DNA from: Marsupella aquatica
Lineage: Eukaryota; Plantae; Marchantiophyta
Direction of reading: 5' to 3'
NCBI GenBank assembly: GCA_973895155.1
Contig: OZ316893.1
Coordinates: forward strand, 3,640,490-3,704,489
Length of the DNA: 64,000 nt
Position 1 is the first letter of the stretch; every line of letters starts with the position of its first letter. The position numbers and the translations under genes were made by a program. A model generated the notes under the pieces. That model made no database searches. It worked only from the letters and a program-made list of their open reading frames with translations, and was not told where the DNA came from. Of this stretch, positions 14,396 through 27,640 are shown one piece after another.

Positions 14396-14685
14396 CTCGT
14401 AGGTCTCACTATATGAAGGCCTCCCCATCACCTGTGACATTTTTAGGCCTTGGACTCCCTAAATGTAAGAAAGTTTTTACTTTTGAACCCGTATAAAGTT
14501 AGAATATTCCAACTTTTTGATTAAAAATACCTTAATATTCTTATAAGGCTCAAACTTGGATTATTTAAACGACCCTATTGTTCTTCTTAGAAAATTTTCA
14601 AGTCTTGACTTAGAACCAATAAAACAACCCTAGCTTAATTTTGTTGGACGTGATGTGTCATTTTTGAGAAAGTGAAACCCCCGAG
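14396..14685. mobile_element. MITE, copy 1 of the family also at 56542-56837
   Basis: Ends ctcgtaggtctcac and gtgaaacccccgag; 8-bp TSD actttgtg/accttgtg (1 mismatch). The body aligns with 56542-56837. Confidence 0.75.
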
Positions 14686-16207
14686 ACCTTGTGCCTCTTT
14701 CTTTTGCAAAGTTAATTTTCAATGAAAAAAATGAATAATAAATGAGCAGCAGCTGACAGTAAGGAGTTGCCTCTATAGGTGGTTTTACAAGATGGCCGGG
14801 GCACTTGTGAGATTTTCTCAACAAAGCAAATGTCAGGAGGGCTATTTGAGATATCAAAGATAATGTACGGGTGTAAAAGTGTTTTTGAAATCCTTTTATG
14901 ACCCCCAAGAATGTCTTGTAAGCTAACTAGAGCAAGTGGTACTGGAGTAATTTTCTGAGAGACAAATTGAGGACCAACTTCAAGTCAAAGTCACCTAGTG
15001 CTTTGGCTAGTCCTAATTCTAACAAGAGAAGATCTGATTAAGGACTTCTGGGTCTGGACCACTTCTAATGCAAATCACTCGGAATAGGAATGGACCAAGT
15101 GCCTGACCAAGTGGCCAGATGAAGAGACCTCCAACTGATGTGGGTTGATCTAAACATTGGGACAAAAATGTGCTCCACTTACATAAGGAGAATTTGAGGC
15201 CCACTTCCCTGACCACTTCTTTCCATGTGGGATTGGCAGCAGTATAGAAATCTGAAAGAAACTGCCCCCAACATTTTGTAAAGTGCATTTTGTAAACTGC
15301 CCCCAACATTTTGTAAAGTTCCAACAGGTGTCCCAAATGGATAGCCATGATCACATCTTGGAGACCATAAAAAGTTGGAACCCCTCTACACGTCTTGCAA
15401 AGCCACTCTAAGGTCCAAGCCCACTCAATGGCCAAAGAAATTTGGAGCAAATGATCTGAATCAACCTCCAGGAGCAATGGTCTACTAGTCTTCTACACAC
15501 CACATACCAATGAAGGAGCATCTCATTTGGGACACACAAGTTGAGAAGGATGGTAAAGCAGTAGACAGTCTTGTTTTTTGCTTTGGCTACTGCATAACTA
15601 CAGTAGTAGCTCTAAGCTATGATAGAATAGGGTCTCTCAAAGCTTCATCATGATGATGGCTTGGGGAAGTCTCATGTTTCTTTGCCATAAGAACATGGCC
15701 GCGATGTTTTTCTCAGGTTATGTAAAACTTTATTTTCTCGTCTTTACAATGACCCATTTCTGATTTGATTTTTTTAAACAGAGGGAAGCCATATCCAAAA
15801 CCTGTGTTTTCCCATTCGTGGATATGATCATTCTTACCCTAAAAAGTTATGGCCATCCATAACTTTTGTGTGTCAGTAAGGAGAACCAACTACAGCAGTT
15901 AAGGTACCTAAATTAATTTGTTCTCACCCCCTAACATTTTACTCGTGACTTTTGTGTGGAGGACGGGAGTGGGGCCCACTAAAAGCATGGCCAGGATGAG
16001 CAGCTTTTTTTTCTCATGGAAATCACAAAAGTATCGGAAAAGTGGTCAATAGCAGGATATAATTGTGAAAAATTAGAGTTCTAAATAGTTTTTGAAACCT
16101 GTAGGCCCGCCTGTAGGCTTGAGTAGAGTTAAGGCGTAGGATCCTACAGTAGATTAACCAAGATCAAAAGGGAGAGTTGGAAGATTGGACTGTCGTAACA
16201 AAGTCTT

Positions 16208-16366
16208 GTTAGTACAGGCATGAAGGTTGCATGGCTTAGCCAGGGTTGTTAAAACATAATACAATATTGTTACCTTGGTCTAGTTAGTACAGCCGTGGTT
16301 GCATGGCTTAGGTTGCATGTTTTAACAACCCTGGCTAAGCCATGCAACCTCCATGCCTGTACTAAC
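16208..16366. repeat. 50-bp inverted repeat (1 mismatch) with a 59-nt spacer
   Basis: 16208-16257 is the reverse complement of 16317-16366. Confidence 0.85.
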
Positions 16367-17075
16367 CTCCATGCGATGCAAGAGTTGCCACAAATCCCCC
16401 TCTCTGGGGTGCTGGGATGTCTCACCCCATCTGTAGGAGTAGTTACAGGACTCGTGACATGCCTGTCCATATGTGGCTGGGCACTGGCCCTAGGCTCTTA
16501 ATTGGTGACCTTGAGGCTTGAGTGGGCTGCTCCCATGACTGCGGCATATGGCAGTTGCGTGCTTTGGACCCTTTGGTTGCATTTCTTTGTGCCCTGCTGG
16601 TCTTTGCACCCTTTGGTTGCGTTTCTTTGTGCCCTGCTGGTCTTTGCTTGTGGGGTCCTAGGAATACATTGGGCCCTCACCTTCCTCTTGAAAAAAGAAC
16701 CAGAGAGTTGCCACAAATGAGTTGTCACAAAATAATGTTCTTGGAAATGAATGTTATGCAGTCACAAAATAAAGTGCTGGATCGACAGACACTGGTTGAC
16801 TTACATAAGCACTGTTGTGGAGCATACATACATTACAGTGTAATATGTGGTTGTCGAGAGGGGGATGTCCTCTTGTAAGCAGCATCCTCCACGTGTGAGC
16901 TTGTCTTTGGTGGGGCTCTCTTACCAAGTACACCATTTACTGTATGCCGTGGAGCCTCGTCACCATCATGCCCCAGATGTAAATTTGTCGCTGGATTATG
17001 CTAGTCCTTGGCCACCATTATCCACCAGATGAAAATTGGTTTCAGGTCTTGGTTACGAGACAGGACTTGCATGCA

Positions 17076-17183
17076 AGCTTGGCCCACCTGGTAGGATTTA
17101 GAGGCAGCTTGGCCCACCTGGCGGGATTTGGAAGGCAGCTTGGCTCACCTGGCAGGATTTAAAAAAGAGCTTAGCCCACCTGA
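17076..17183. repeat. Tandem repeat, ~29-30-bp unit, ~4 copies
   Basis: agcttggcccacctgg.ggattt recurs four times. Confidence 0.75.
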
Positions 17184-18006
17184 CACGCATTTCGATGAGT
17201 ATTGTCAAAGTATTGTTACTTGCTGCCTCTTCTTGCAGTACTCTACCGAGTGGCGTGAGACTTGGTCATGATTACAGCCAGTGGTAAACCATCCTCTGTT
17301 CCTACTTCGATGACAGCACGCAAGATCTGTCTTAAAGCTGTCTAGGGAAGAAAACTTTCGGCACATTCGTTATTCCCAGTGTATTCGATCGTCAGAACAG
17401 GTAGGATCTATTTCCCACTCTATTTGTGCTGTCATTTTTTTATAGTAATTTGATTTCTCAGGCAACGCAACGACGGGTATGATCTCTGATAGCACGACCC
17501 ACATGTTGCAGAACAAGAGGTGGGCTTGGGGACGAACTTTGAGTCGATCAAATCTAAGCTGCTCACTCGTCGGTTATTTGTGTTGCGTTAGGCAGTGGAC
17601 ATCTCTCCAATTCTGCACTTGAGAAGACAACTCGAGGATTGAGTCATATCCTCGGTAATTGATAATATGGATGTTGGTTCAATCGATGAGTTGCACTTCC
17701 TCAGAGCTAGATTTCAGCATTCAAATAGCAGGGTCGATTTCATTCTTGGCTATATTCATGAGTACCTATCCAATCCTTGTAATTAGTTGTAGAAGGTCTA
17801 AATCACTGTTATCATTCACCTTTGCAGGAGGATTTTTAATGTTCTCGTTGGTTTTAAGGGGTATTCGTTGGATCCTGAATGTGTAGGTCGTAAACCTCAC
17901 AGTCGAGAGTACAAATCAAAATGCAATTACAGCAGCGTTGAAGCAGCCAACGAGTGAGGAGGGTGTCGAGAGTAAGCTGGCCAACAGCGAATTCGTGAGA
18001 GCTCAA

Positions 18007-21000
18007 ATGGATCGTTGGAAATCAATTCTGTGCCTGCTGTCGCTATTGCTGGTGTTTAGCCAGATCGCTGAAGCGAATAGGGTCGTGTGCAATGCAAATT
18101 CCATCGCCTTGGAAGCCCTGGATTCGAAGCAAAATTTCACAGTTGAGAAAATCGAAAACGTTGGTTATGGATTCTACTTTGAGAATCCTTCTCTTGTTGA
18201 AATAATGGGAGGCCCAAGTGTAACTCGAGGCCTGGTATTCTTATCCGAGGATGGTATCGACCCAGCTGCTTACGCTCCATATGCTCGTGGTAAGGAGTAA
18301 CATCCATCGATATGCTATAAAAACATTACTTTGTCTATGGACTTGCTCCATGCCACAAATGTATTTGTACTCCCCTGTGCAATCGCGAAGATGTATTTGT
18401 GTCAAGAGGATGCCGACAGTTGTTTACCCTCCAAATTCCAAGGTATTGGGCGGGGAAAACACGAAACTTACTGTGGATAATGCAGATTTCTCATTGATTG
18501 GGTGGAAGTAAGACCTTGTATAAATAACTTGGTTGAGAATATATTGGGTTTAAGCATAATTATGTTATCTAAACATCTGTCTGTCAATGCCACTCCTTTT
18601 AGAACATCGGGGACACTGAGGGTGTTTGGTAAGGGTCTGAATATGCCATCAAAGTTTCTCGCTTCCCCACTTTGCAGGAACTCGGAAATATGAATATAAA
18701 CAACACGAGTATATGATGCAAGGAACGGGTATGTCAATGGTTGGACTGTAAGAGCTGCAAGACTTCCTCATTATTTTTCCAGAGTCTCACAGTGCTATGA
18801 ACATTGAGCTTTTGTAGCGATCGCGCTTTTCGGATACTATGCGGTAATAGTGAATGCGGCGACTCCTGGGAGAGTTCTGGAGGCAATGATGCAACATCCA
18901 GAGTTGGTGTACTGGTCCCTTGTTGGACACGGCACAGGAGGGCAGTTAGCGGCAAGAATTGCAGTGACTCTTCAACCTAAAGTAAAGTCTCTTGTTTTAA
19001 TAGCATCTATGCTTCCTCCGGACGTGGACTTGCGGTCCCTCAACCTCTTTCTTACTGTCATGTATGGTGACAACGACGCCATCACCACTCCAGCGGAAGT
19101 CATCAACTCGTTTTCCCGCATGAGGGGTGAGTTACAATTCTGCAGTGCATTATTAGCACTTGATCTCAAATTTCATGCAAGTGTGTCAAGAACAGTTCGT
19201 TGATACTCCTTGATCAAGAGGTTTGATAGTTACCCCTATGGGAACTCGGGATTCTAAGGGGATTGGATGGTTATCCTCACGCAACTTTCCAATTTCTAAT
19301 GGGATTTGATGGTCACCATTTTGGAAACTTAAGAAAATTCTCAAGAGATTAGATGCCTTTCCTTTTGGAACTTGGAATGTTACGGGACTTTGATGGTAGT
19401 CTTTCGAAAATTCAAAACGTTGTTCTTGTTTGATTGCAGGAGATACGAGCGTTGTACAAATTCCCGGTTTTGGCCACTTCGACTTCGCTTACAGCACATG
19501 TGTGGGGAATACAAAAGCCCCATCCAATGTGACCTCGAGTGTCACAAACACTTTTATTGCAAGCATCAACCTCGCGCTCCTTCATTCGATTGCATTTGCG
19601 CAGTGGGCCACTGGCACACATAAGGCACTTTCTTATGGGGATAATCACTACTTGAGTCCGGGATTCAATGATTCCAAACCTTACCCTGGCGACATTCGTG
19701 TGCGTTTCGATGAGTTGCCGATCCCAGGCACTTCCCCCCAGGTTTGATTTCAATGTAATCCGGCCCGATGGAGGAAATGAATGAATGAAGGAATTGATGA
19801 TTTTTGATGTCCAGTGACACCAACGAAGGGACAGAGGGTATATAAAGGTGACACGTTGACTAATTCACCGTGTCACGAAAAAGAGAGGTGGGAAAGGAAT
19901 CCGAGGGCGGGGTAAACAGAAAAATTACAAAACAACGATTGCTCACTTCTTACGAAAAGCTCTAACAAGCTGCGCTACACAATCCTATAGTGCTTTCTAC
20001 GATTGAAGCTCTCAATTTTGGAATTGAGGCTGTAACCGAAATGCTTGAGACTTTTCCTCAGCGCAGTAGTTGTCTGTTTGATCTCTTTACCAGCAATGTG
20101 AACAGGCCCAACAACGGCGTTGAATTGATTCCGTTCTCTGCAGACAAGACTGTAATGGTTGAGTCCATCAGTTGAACCGAGAGCTCAACGTTCTAGGCTA
20201 ATTGGCGATTGTCGGATGGTAGATATTCGAGTGTATGACAGTTCACAGAACATGTTAGACTAACTTCGTCGGGGTTTCTAGGAATTCAAATTCTGTGGGT
20301 GGTCATTGTCTTTTCTGCTAAGCTGGATTTTTTGGGAATTTAAACGATTGCTGTGGACTCTGTACATTATACAGCGAACGTGGTGGGTGTTCACACCAAG
20401 CCGGATCAAGGGTGGAATTGTCTATTACCCCGGTGCTGCAGTAGATGGAACGGCGTACTTCCCACTGGCTTTTGAAATTGCTGCACGGGGGCATTTGGTA
20501 GTGATTGTCCAGCAGCCATCGCGTACGGCGAGTACCTTCCAGGACGCCAATACTGTCATAGACTCCAATCTCACCATATTTTCCGGTAACATTACTAAGG
20601 TTTTCAGTCCATACATTCCATCGTCTTCAATGGACTCATTGGACAATTTGTTTGCCTTGCAATTGGCGTGAATAATGACAGTGTTTTGCCAAGATTCCTC
20701 AGAAATACGCTCCTTGTCTCTCTCAGGGGGCTCCAATTTCTATTTGTTTCTCACGCCTCCTTAGCTGCCAATAATAGAGGTTGTTATCTCATCGTTTGCA
20801 GGAGTGCCGAAGGGAAGATGGGCGATTTCAGGCCACTCCCAAGGTGGTGTAGGAGCAACGCATTACCTGGCTTGCTTCGGTAACAAAGTATACGGAGCTG
20901 TTTTGCATGCGGGTGGTTGGCAAGGGAACTTCAACACCTCTGCAGTTCCTATCCTGCTGATCTATGGTAGCATTGATGACGTTGGAGGAGGAAATGACTC

Positions 21001-21358
21001 GTACGTAAGAAAGTTCGAAGGGTTTTTCAATCCGAACAAGACCACTTTTCTGGTCGTTGAAGGTGCCAATCACTATCAAATAGGGGATTACGGATACCAG
21101 GTCCAAGATCAGATACCGACCATCAGCCTGGAAGAACAGCACGCAGTTTTTGCTCGCCACACTGTCAGTTTTCTTGAGGGTCTGGAAACGAAGGTGTATG
21201 CTCCTGTTATCTCCGGTCCAGCCTGCTCTTCTCAGAAACTCACTGGACATTACTCTTTGGCGGATTTCCATCTCACGGACAAAATCCTCTCGACTCCTGA
21301 AGAATCTGCGCTTTCGAAGATCATCGAATTTGGTGCTGCTGATGCAGTCTATTCATAA
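18007..21358 (+). CDS. Secreted protein with two tandem alpha/beta-hydrolase (Abhydrolase_5-like) domains; exons 18007-18289, 18818-19126, 19440-19741, 20375-20585, 20802-21358; 553 aa
   Basis: Signal peptide MDRWKSILCLLSLLLVFSQIAEA. Domain 2 has YPGAAVDGTAYFPLA, GHSQGG, IYGSIDD and EGANHYQIGDYG. Domain 1 has the equivalent DPAAYAPYAR, GHGTGG, YGDND and PGFGHFDF. All four introns are GT-AG with compatible phases; the CDS totals 1662 nt. Confidence 0.85.
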
Positions 21359-22986
21359 AATCAGGTGTCACAATGGTAAGGCTCTGATTCGTTTGACTTA
21401 CAAGAATCCACGCCCAAGAAGCCGATGTTCTGGAAAGATGAATGTTGGGTTTCCACGGATCTGAATAGAGAGAGCCATCTGCGCTGCTCCGTGGAAACCC
21501 AGCATCTGCGCATGCAAGAGATCTCTTATTAAGAGAGCCATCGCTATGTGGTTCTAAGCACTTGAGAAGAATGTAATGCTTTTAAGCTACTGACGCTCTA
21601 CTGTTCAATTAGTCTCTCAACTGTTGACACTATTCCATGCTTGGCTCCAATCAATTGAGGATGTACCATATTAGACCTCTAGTGGTCAGGGCTATGCTGA
21701 CCCTTCCTTAGCACGTTTCCATGATGTCAAGGGAACATCGATATCATGCAAGGTTTAGAGCGTTTCATGAGGGTGGAGAAGAATATTGCAAACCCCAAAT
21801 TAGGAAGAACTGTGAGCTCCAGGCAAATCATATGTACGGCAAACTGTTGAATGTTCTAAGAAATTTAATTTGATCAAAGGTTCGTAGTCCGAGATTGTCG
21901 GCAGATCAGCAGGGAAGTAGCAAGATGCATCGTGAGTCTTCATCCTATGGCTTGGTAGCACATGGTTAGCACCTGATAGCTCGACTTCACGGAAATATCG
22001 TTTTGATCCACGTCTTCATATTAGCCAATCTCTCCTAAACTTCCTGTGGCGCTTTGAAATAGTAAACATCACGGTTGGTTTCGATGTTTCTATTTGAACC
22101 GTTCAGTTGGAGGCACTTCACGGCCTACAGACTTTCATTGCCCAGACAGGACAATTATCGCGCGGCAGTCTCTGCGTCATACTATGTCAAAAAGGCAATT
22201 TCAGAATTAGTCTGGAAATACTGTTACACCCTTCGATATAATGTCTTCTCACCATTCCAAAGATCATTTTGTTTCCGAGTTTGCTCACTACTGGGTAATA
22301 TCATTTATTCAAGCACCAGAGCCCATGCAGATGTCATGAGCCTGCCCGAGCCAAAATATCAGTTGGAACTGCCGGAAAATGATAATCGCTCTAACTAGGA
22401 CTGACACATCGAAACGTCCCTGGAAGAACTAAACATCACCATGGATCTCAATTCACCGTAACGGAGAAAATTGTAATAAACTCCTGCACTGTTTCAGTAG
22501 TTTTCAATTAACTTTTGTGACCTCCACAAAACTTTTTAACCATGAGCTTAGGCGTGTGGAGGTTAAGATCACACATTGAAGAGGCTGTAACACCTATTGT
22601 ACGTAATATCTTCTACTGCAGCTGAATCATCACGGTATTTGGGAGGAACCCTGTTAATTGTTAGTTATAGTCGAGTTCAAAATAAACTCCATTTATCTTC
22701 TTTCCGCGGGCAGACAGGATGATTTTGAATTACCCTACACCTAAATTTTTCATTCTCTACATTTAAGGGATCGGCGACTGCATTTTGAGCCCTCGACTAC
22801 ATCTCTAAGATCTGCAAGAATTCATGAATGCCAGCATTCTTTGAAGACAGCGCGGCCTCTGCTTTAATGTAAGCTGCATGTCGTGCTAGGGAGATTGTTC
22901 ATCTGACAATATTATGCCTGAAATTGCTCACGTAGCGTTGCTTTCGGATCAATGGTTGCCTATGGCTGATCAGCAAGACAATGTTT

Positions 22987-25900
22987 TTAAGACTTCATAT
23001 AGTCTGTAAGCCTTTTCTGTTGCTTTGACTCAGCTTCTGCGGCGACATTTCGCCTTCTCTTTGGCCGAGTTCCTTTGTCAGGAGTGCTATCCCTAGTGGC
23101 AGTTTTCTTGATGTGCTTTTCTTTCTTATCTTGCAATTCATGGTCCTCCTCTAAAGATGGGTGCACATTGTCGCCCTTGTTGTGTGCGTAGGCCTTAGCC
23201 ATGAGCTCACGACATTCTTTGTTAGCAATATTATGATCCACCACTGCACAAGACAGATGCTAAGTTTAAATCAGGTTGGTAAAGGTCAATTTCGCAGACC
23301 ATAGATTAAAAATCCCCTCTCGAACACTATTGAGTCATTAAAATATACTACGTAACATTCTAAAACCAAGGAAAATGAATACATGAAGACAGATGATTAG
23401 TAGTTTGCATATAAATACAACGATAGCCCGAACAAATCCCCCCACCTGGTGAGGGATAATCCCTGCCGATGATACAATTTGCTTTCTTCTGAATATTCAT
23501 TGGGGCGGTCCAAGGCTCATAAATGTACGCCTTTGGCATATCTGCATTCCGTCGAGCAGACCAATGAGCTCGACGTCTGAGTCAGTCGGAAAAATTAGAA
23601 ACTTTACATACAGCCTTGGACAGTACTTGGATCTTGACTGCCTCACCTTTCAGTACTGGCAAGAAATGCTTGATATAATTTCCATCCGGGTCATGTTTCT
23701 TTGCGAAGGAAATCGGAGAATAAATTCGATGATACTGCAAAATTCGATTGAAAAGATTATTACTCGATCACGAATTTAAGCAATCTTTAAGATACACCTA
23801 CAGTACAAATCTCAGACAACTCGAGCATTCGTGATGGTCGTACAACGCTCTCGATCTCACCTATTTAAGTCATGCCATCAAAGCTGGCTATCTCTGGACA
23901 GAGACAGCAGGTGGGTAGGGTCAACTTAAAAAACTAGGTCACGGAATAGACATGCTCGAAACACTCAGCTTTTGCGAGGTTTGGGTTGGAAATCCACACC
24001 TGATGAAAAAAGGCCGATGCCGAAAGCCACAACCAGTTACCATTGTTGATTGACCAGTCAGAGTCCACCAGAAGCCTGTCAAATACATCGCGGCCTTTTT
24101 CCCAATGAACAAACTGGGAATCAGACACGTTTATTGCCATTAAAATCTGTTAGGGACTTCGTTCTTTAGGCTGATTTGACACATCACATTTATTCCTTGC
24201 AGGTTTTCTATGATAGAGCTCAAGTCAATTTAAGGATAACTGACCCATAATGATGAGTTATCAGATAAGTGTGAACATAACCATTTCTGAGGTTCTCCCA
24301 AAGATGCTTACTTACAATACACATGTAAAGACTAAACTAGGTTCGCATACGATTGGAAGAGATTGAACAGCAATATGTCCAAGTCTTGAAAGCGGTATGG
24401 TTGTTAGCCTTACGAGATCTCCTCTGGTCAGAAAGCAGGCGACAGCATGGCGGGCAAGGTGGTGCATCCAGCCCCATTTTCGTAACTGTAATCAAGCAAA
24501 TTCTTTCGAAGTGAGCCTATGTATATATGGACCATATATTCCAATATCCTTTACATGCAAAGGAAAAAAGTAATTTTCTGTACACATGTCAAAGCGACAT
24601 TATTGGACATACCTGGATCATCGCAGAATCAATCCACGGATACCCAGTTTGGCCATCTCTCCAAAGTCCCAGAAGTCGATCGTCATCATGCCATGAAATC
24701 TGAGAATCATCGCCCAACATACTTGTTAAGCATGAGATTTCAAATGCGATACGATATACCAGCTAATTGGATTCCACTGTACAAACGTGTTTATCCATAC
24801 CTGCTTGCAGATGGGATTATCAACCATCCTATCATAGTGACTTACGCCATACCCCTGGGTGTAAAAGAATTCCCGCCACAAAAGCTACAACAATTGAATC
24901 ATGGCGAATGTAAGAAGGATGACCAGATAAGGCAATCGTGCGTGACCTCAGGGCAAACGTGCAATTATTCATCGTAAAGGGAAGAAAAAAATACACCAGA
25001 GATTCAACGAATTTTCAAAAGTAAATTTGTGTAAATTTGTCACCTGCCCTTCCAATGACACGGGAGGCTTGGTGTGATTTTTTGACTCCTTATATATTAG
25101 GAGCAATTTGTGGTAGAACAACCGAGCCGAAACACATCCAAACTGCACAAAAACGGTGCTGTTATTTCCCTAAAGATCGGGAAATTGGGCGGGATGGATT
25201 TGCAGTAAGTGCACGTTGAGCACGTTTGGTACGTTGCGTTGGTTTTGGATAGATTGCCAACCTTCAGATATGGAGACAGACAGGTAGTCGCTGGCTTTAT
25301 AAAGGCAGTAGGATCTCCCTTGGGCTTCTCAAACTCGACCACCCATTTCTGTTGAGCACACAGACCCACACCCGTTAGGTCTCACAAAGACAGTTCGTGA
25401 TGCATACTCAGTCATCAACCAACAGAAAAACAAATTCATGACTCGAGGGGAAAGCGCACCTTGTCAGATAGGCTTTCTTCGAGTCTCTTCAACCCCTCCG
25501 TCTCTCCTCCAGAGAAAGGCGTAAATTCCTGAAGACAGTACAAAACATGTTTGAGTTATGAAACTAGGCGCCTAATGGTAAAGACCGATCCATGGACAGA
25601 AATTGGTGAGCAGCTACAAGCTTAGAATAGGGAATTTGAAAAGAAGACACATATGGCATCAAGGCACTTGAATCACAATTATCTGGAATAAAACTAGCCG
25701 TAGGAATTGAAGCTAAACAATACCTAACTTCTCAGACCTAAACACACCTCGTGAAGATTTTTGTAGCCAAGATCCTCGAGACTTGGTACAGGAACAACTT
25801 TCACGTCCTTCAAATCTTGTGGGAGCTTTGGCAAATTGTTTGGGGCATCGCCGACAGGCCCTGGAGGTTGACCAATTACTTTGCGAAAAGCTGCGTATGT

Positions 25901-27640
25901 TCCTGGTGGCTTGCCGCCATTCTGACACCAAGTGAATCACAGTAGAGAAGAACTGAGTGAAACACAGGGGCCGAGTTGAAAACATAGATAAATATTAAAT
26001 TGGCTCAAATTTCTTTCTCATTCAGTACACCCTTCCTGCAGTTGTTATCAAAACTGTCTGAGAGGCAAGATTCCAAACCAAACCTTCAATCATTACCAAA
26101 ATTTAGGAATTTACAAATTCAGAGAATAACTCAAGTTTCTATATTTCAGAAGGTCAGGGAATCTTGGAGTCGGGATTTACCTCGGAAATTATTTTCTGAG
26201 GGTCAAATAGAGTGTGACTGACGGGCGAAAAAACTTCAACACCGTTCTTCTGGCTAACTTCCTGTAAACCAAATTCGCTGAGATAGAATGTCACCCTGAA
26301 AACCAGAAAATAATTCTCCATGCAAAAGGCGTACATGAGAATCTACGATGGAGGCAGACGAATGGACTTCACAGTCAACTGAAAACCCAAAACAGACAGA
26401 CTTTTTCATCTGAGGTCGTCGCACCTTAATTTTCGTGTCGCGCTGACGTGCATACGGTTCAGTGTCCTGCTCGAAACATAATCTGTCGATACTCCACTGA
26501 TAAAAACAGAAATGTTAGTCTGGAAATACTGTTATAGCCTTCCAAATATTGTTTTCTCACCATTCCAAAGATAAAGATAATGGGCTTTGAAAAAATGCGC
26601 GTTTGTAGCTAACTGATTGATTAGAAAGACTGCAGAATTGTTCACTTGAAGTGCCATTTTAGACAATCAGCGCTTTTTGATACCCGATACTCCACTAGTC
26701 GCATTACCTACTGAGAAACGAACGATATCTAGTGATAATTGTTCACCAATGCTCCAGGCCATGAAGACTTACTTGAAAAACTAATCAAAATAACAATTAG
26801 AAAGAACCAGGACCGAGACTCCATGAGTTGAACCGCTAATTTAAGACTCGGAGGTGAAAGTTAGGTGATTGTTAGCAGATCCATTTTACTGAAGTGCTAC
26901 TTCAAAAACTAAACATAATTAGCACTAAGGTTTTTTGCAACTCCGTTGCTTAGACTGCTGAGTGAAAACCTTAACATTGCAATTGGCGCAAACTTTTATA
27001 AGATAGTCGACACAGTGAGGACTGCCAGAGACAATTGATGCTTTTGGTATTGTTGACCTGAGGATTGACTGCTTCCTAGAAACCAGAGGGTGGCAATTCG
27101 CTCAATGAAGGCTTCACTTGCCAGGTAGCGCTAGTTGAAGGATGTCCGTGACAAATGGCTGCAGCAGAGGAAATTTCGTACCTTTTCAAGGAGCTCTGGA
27201 ATGACCACTAAGGGACTTCCATGAACCAAAAGCAAACGGGACCCGCGAGCCTGGAGGTTTTCGTCCAAATTGCTTAGACTCTCAAGGAGAAACTTGATTC
27301 TATTCACGCCCACCGTTGCCGAGCCAGGAGATGGAGCTGAGGGGTCCGGAGCGAGAAAGAAGGGGTCGAGCACAAACACAGGGAGCACAGCCGAAGCTCC
27401 CTCGCAAGCTCTGTGCAGGGCAGGATTGTCGTGCAATCTCAGCCCTTTCCTGAACCACATTAGTGACCGCACTCCCATCTCGCTTCTCCCACCACCTCCC
27501 TCTCCCTCTCCGCTTCCTCTGCTTCCTTTGTCACACCTAATCGTGCAGCTGAGCTGACTGACTCGCAGTTGGCGAAATCCTGAGCACAATGGTTGAGCTT
27601 TCGGCAGCGAATTCAATGTCTTCCAAGACGCTAGCAGCAT
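22987..27640 (-). CDS. UVR3: (6-4) DNA photolyase, 14 exons, 612 aa
   Basis: Motifs [49 protein letters not shown] and DWSINNGNW. Exons: 27640-27182, 26496-26425, 26261-26181, 25921-25748, 25528-25460, 25348-25262, 25142-25044, 24884-24801, 24699-24613, 24485-24414, 24113-24000, 23734-23647, 23541-23446, 23243-22987. All introns are GT-AG; 1839 nt, frame open throughout. Confidence 0.95.

Noticed and set aside
7900-15600. Possible LINE ORF1/RT relics at ~8000-8700, 10100-10550, 13400-14100 and 15000-15600
   Set aside because: Composition is coding-like, but I could not verify any diagnostic motif by eye.
17076-17183. CRISPR-like repeat array
   Set aside because: Plain tandem units with no unique spacers, in a eukaryotic context with no cas genes.
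24801-24884. Suspected frameshift in UVR3 exon 8
   Set aside because: Re-reading gives ACC CAG GGG TAT GGC (TQGYG); the frame is intact.
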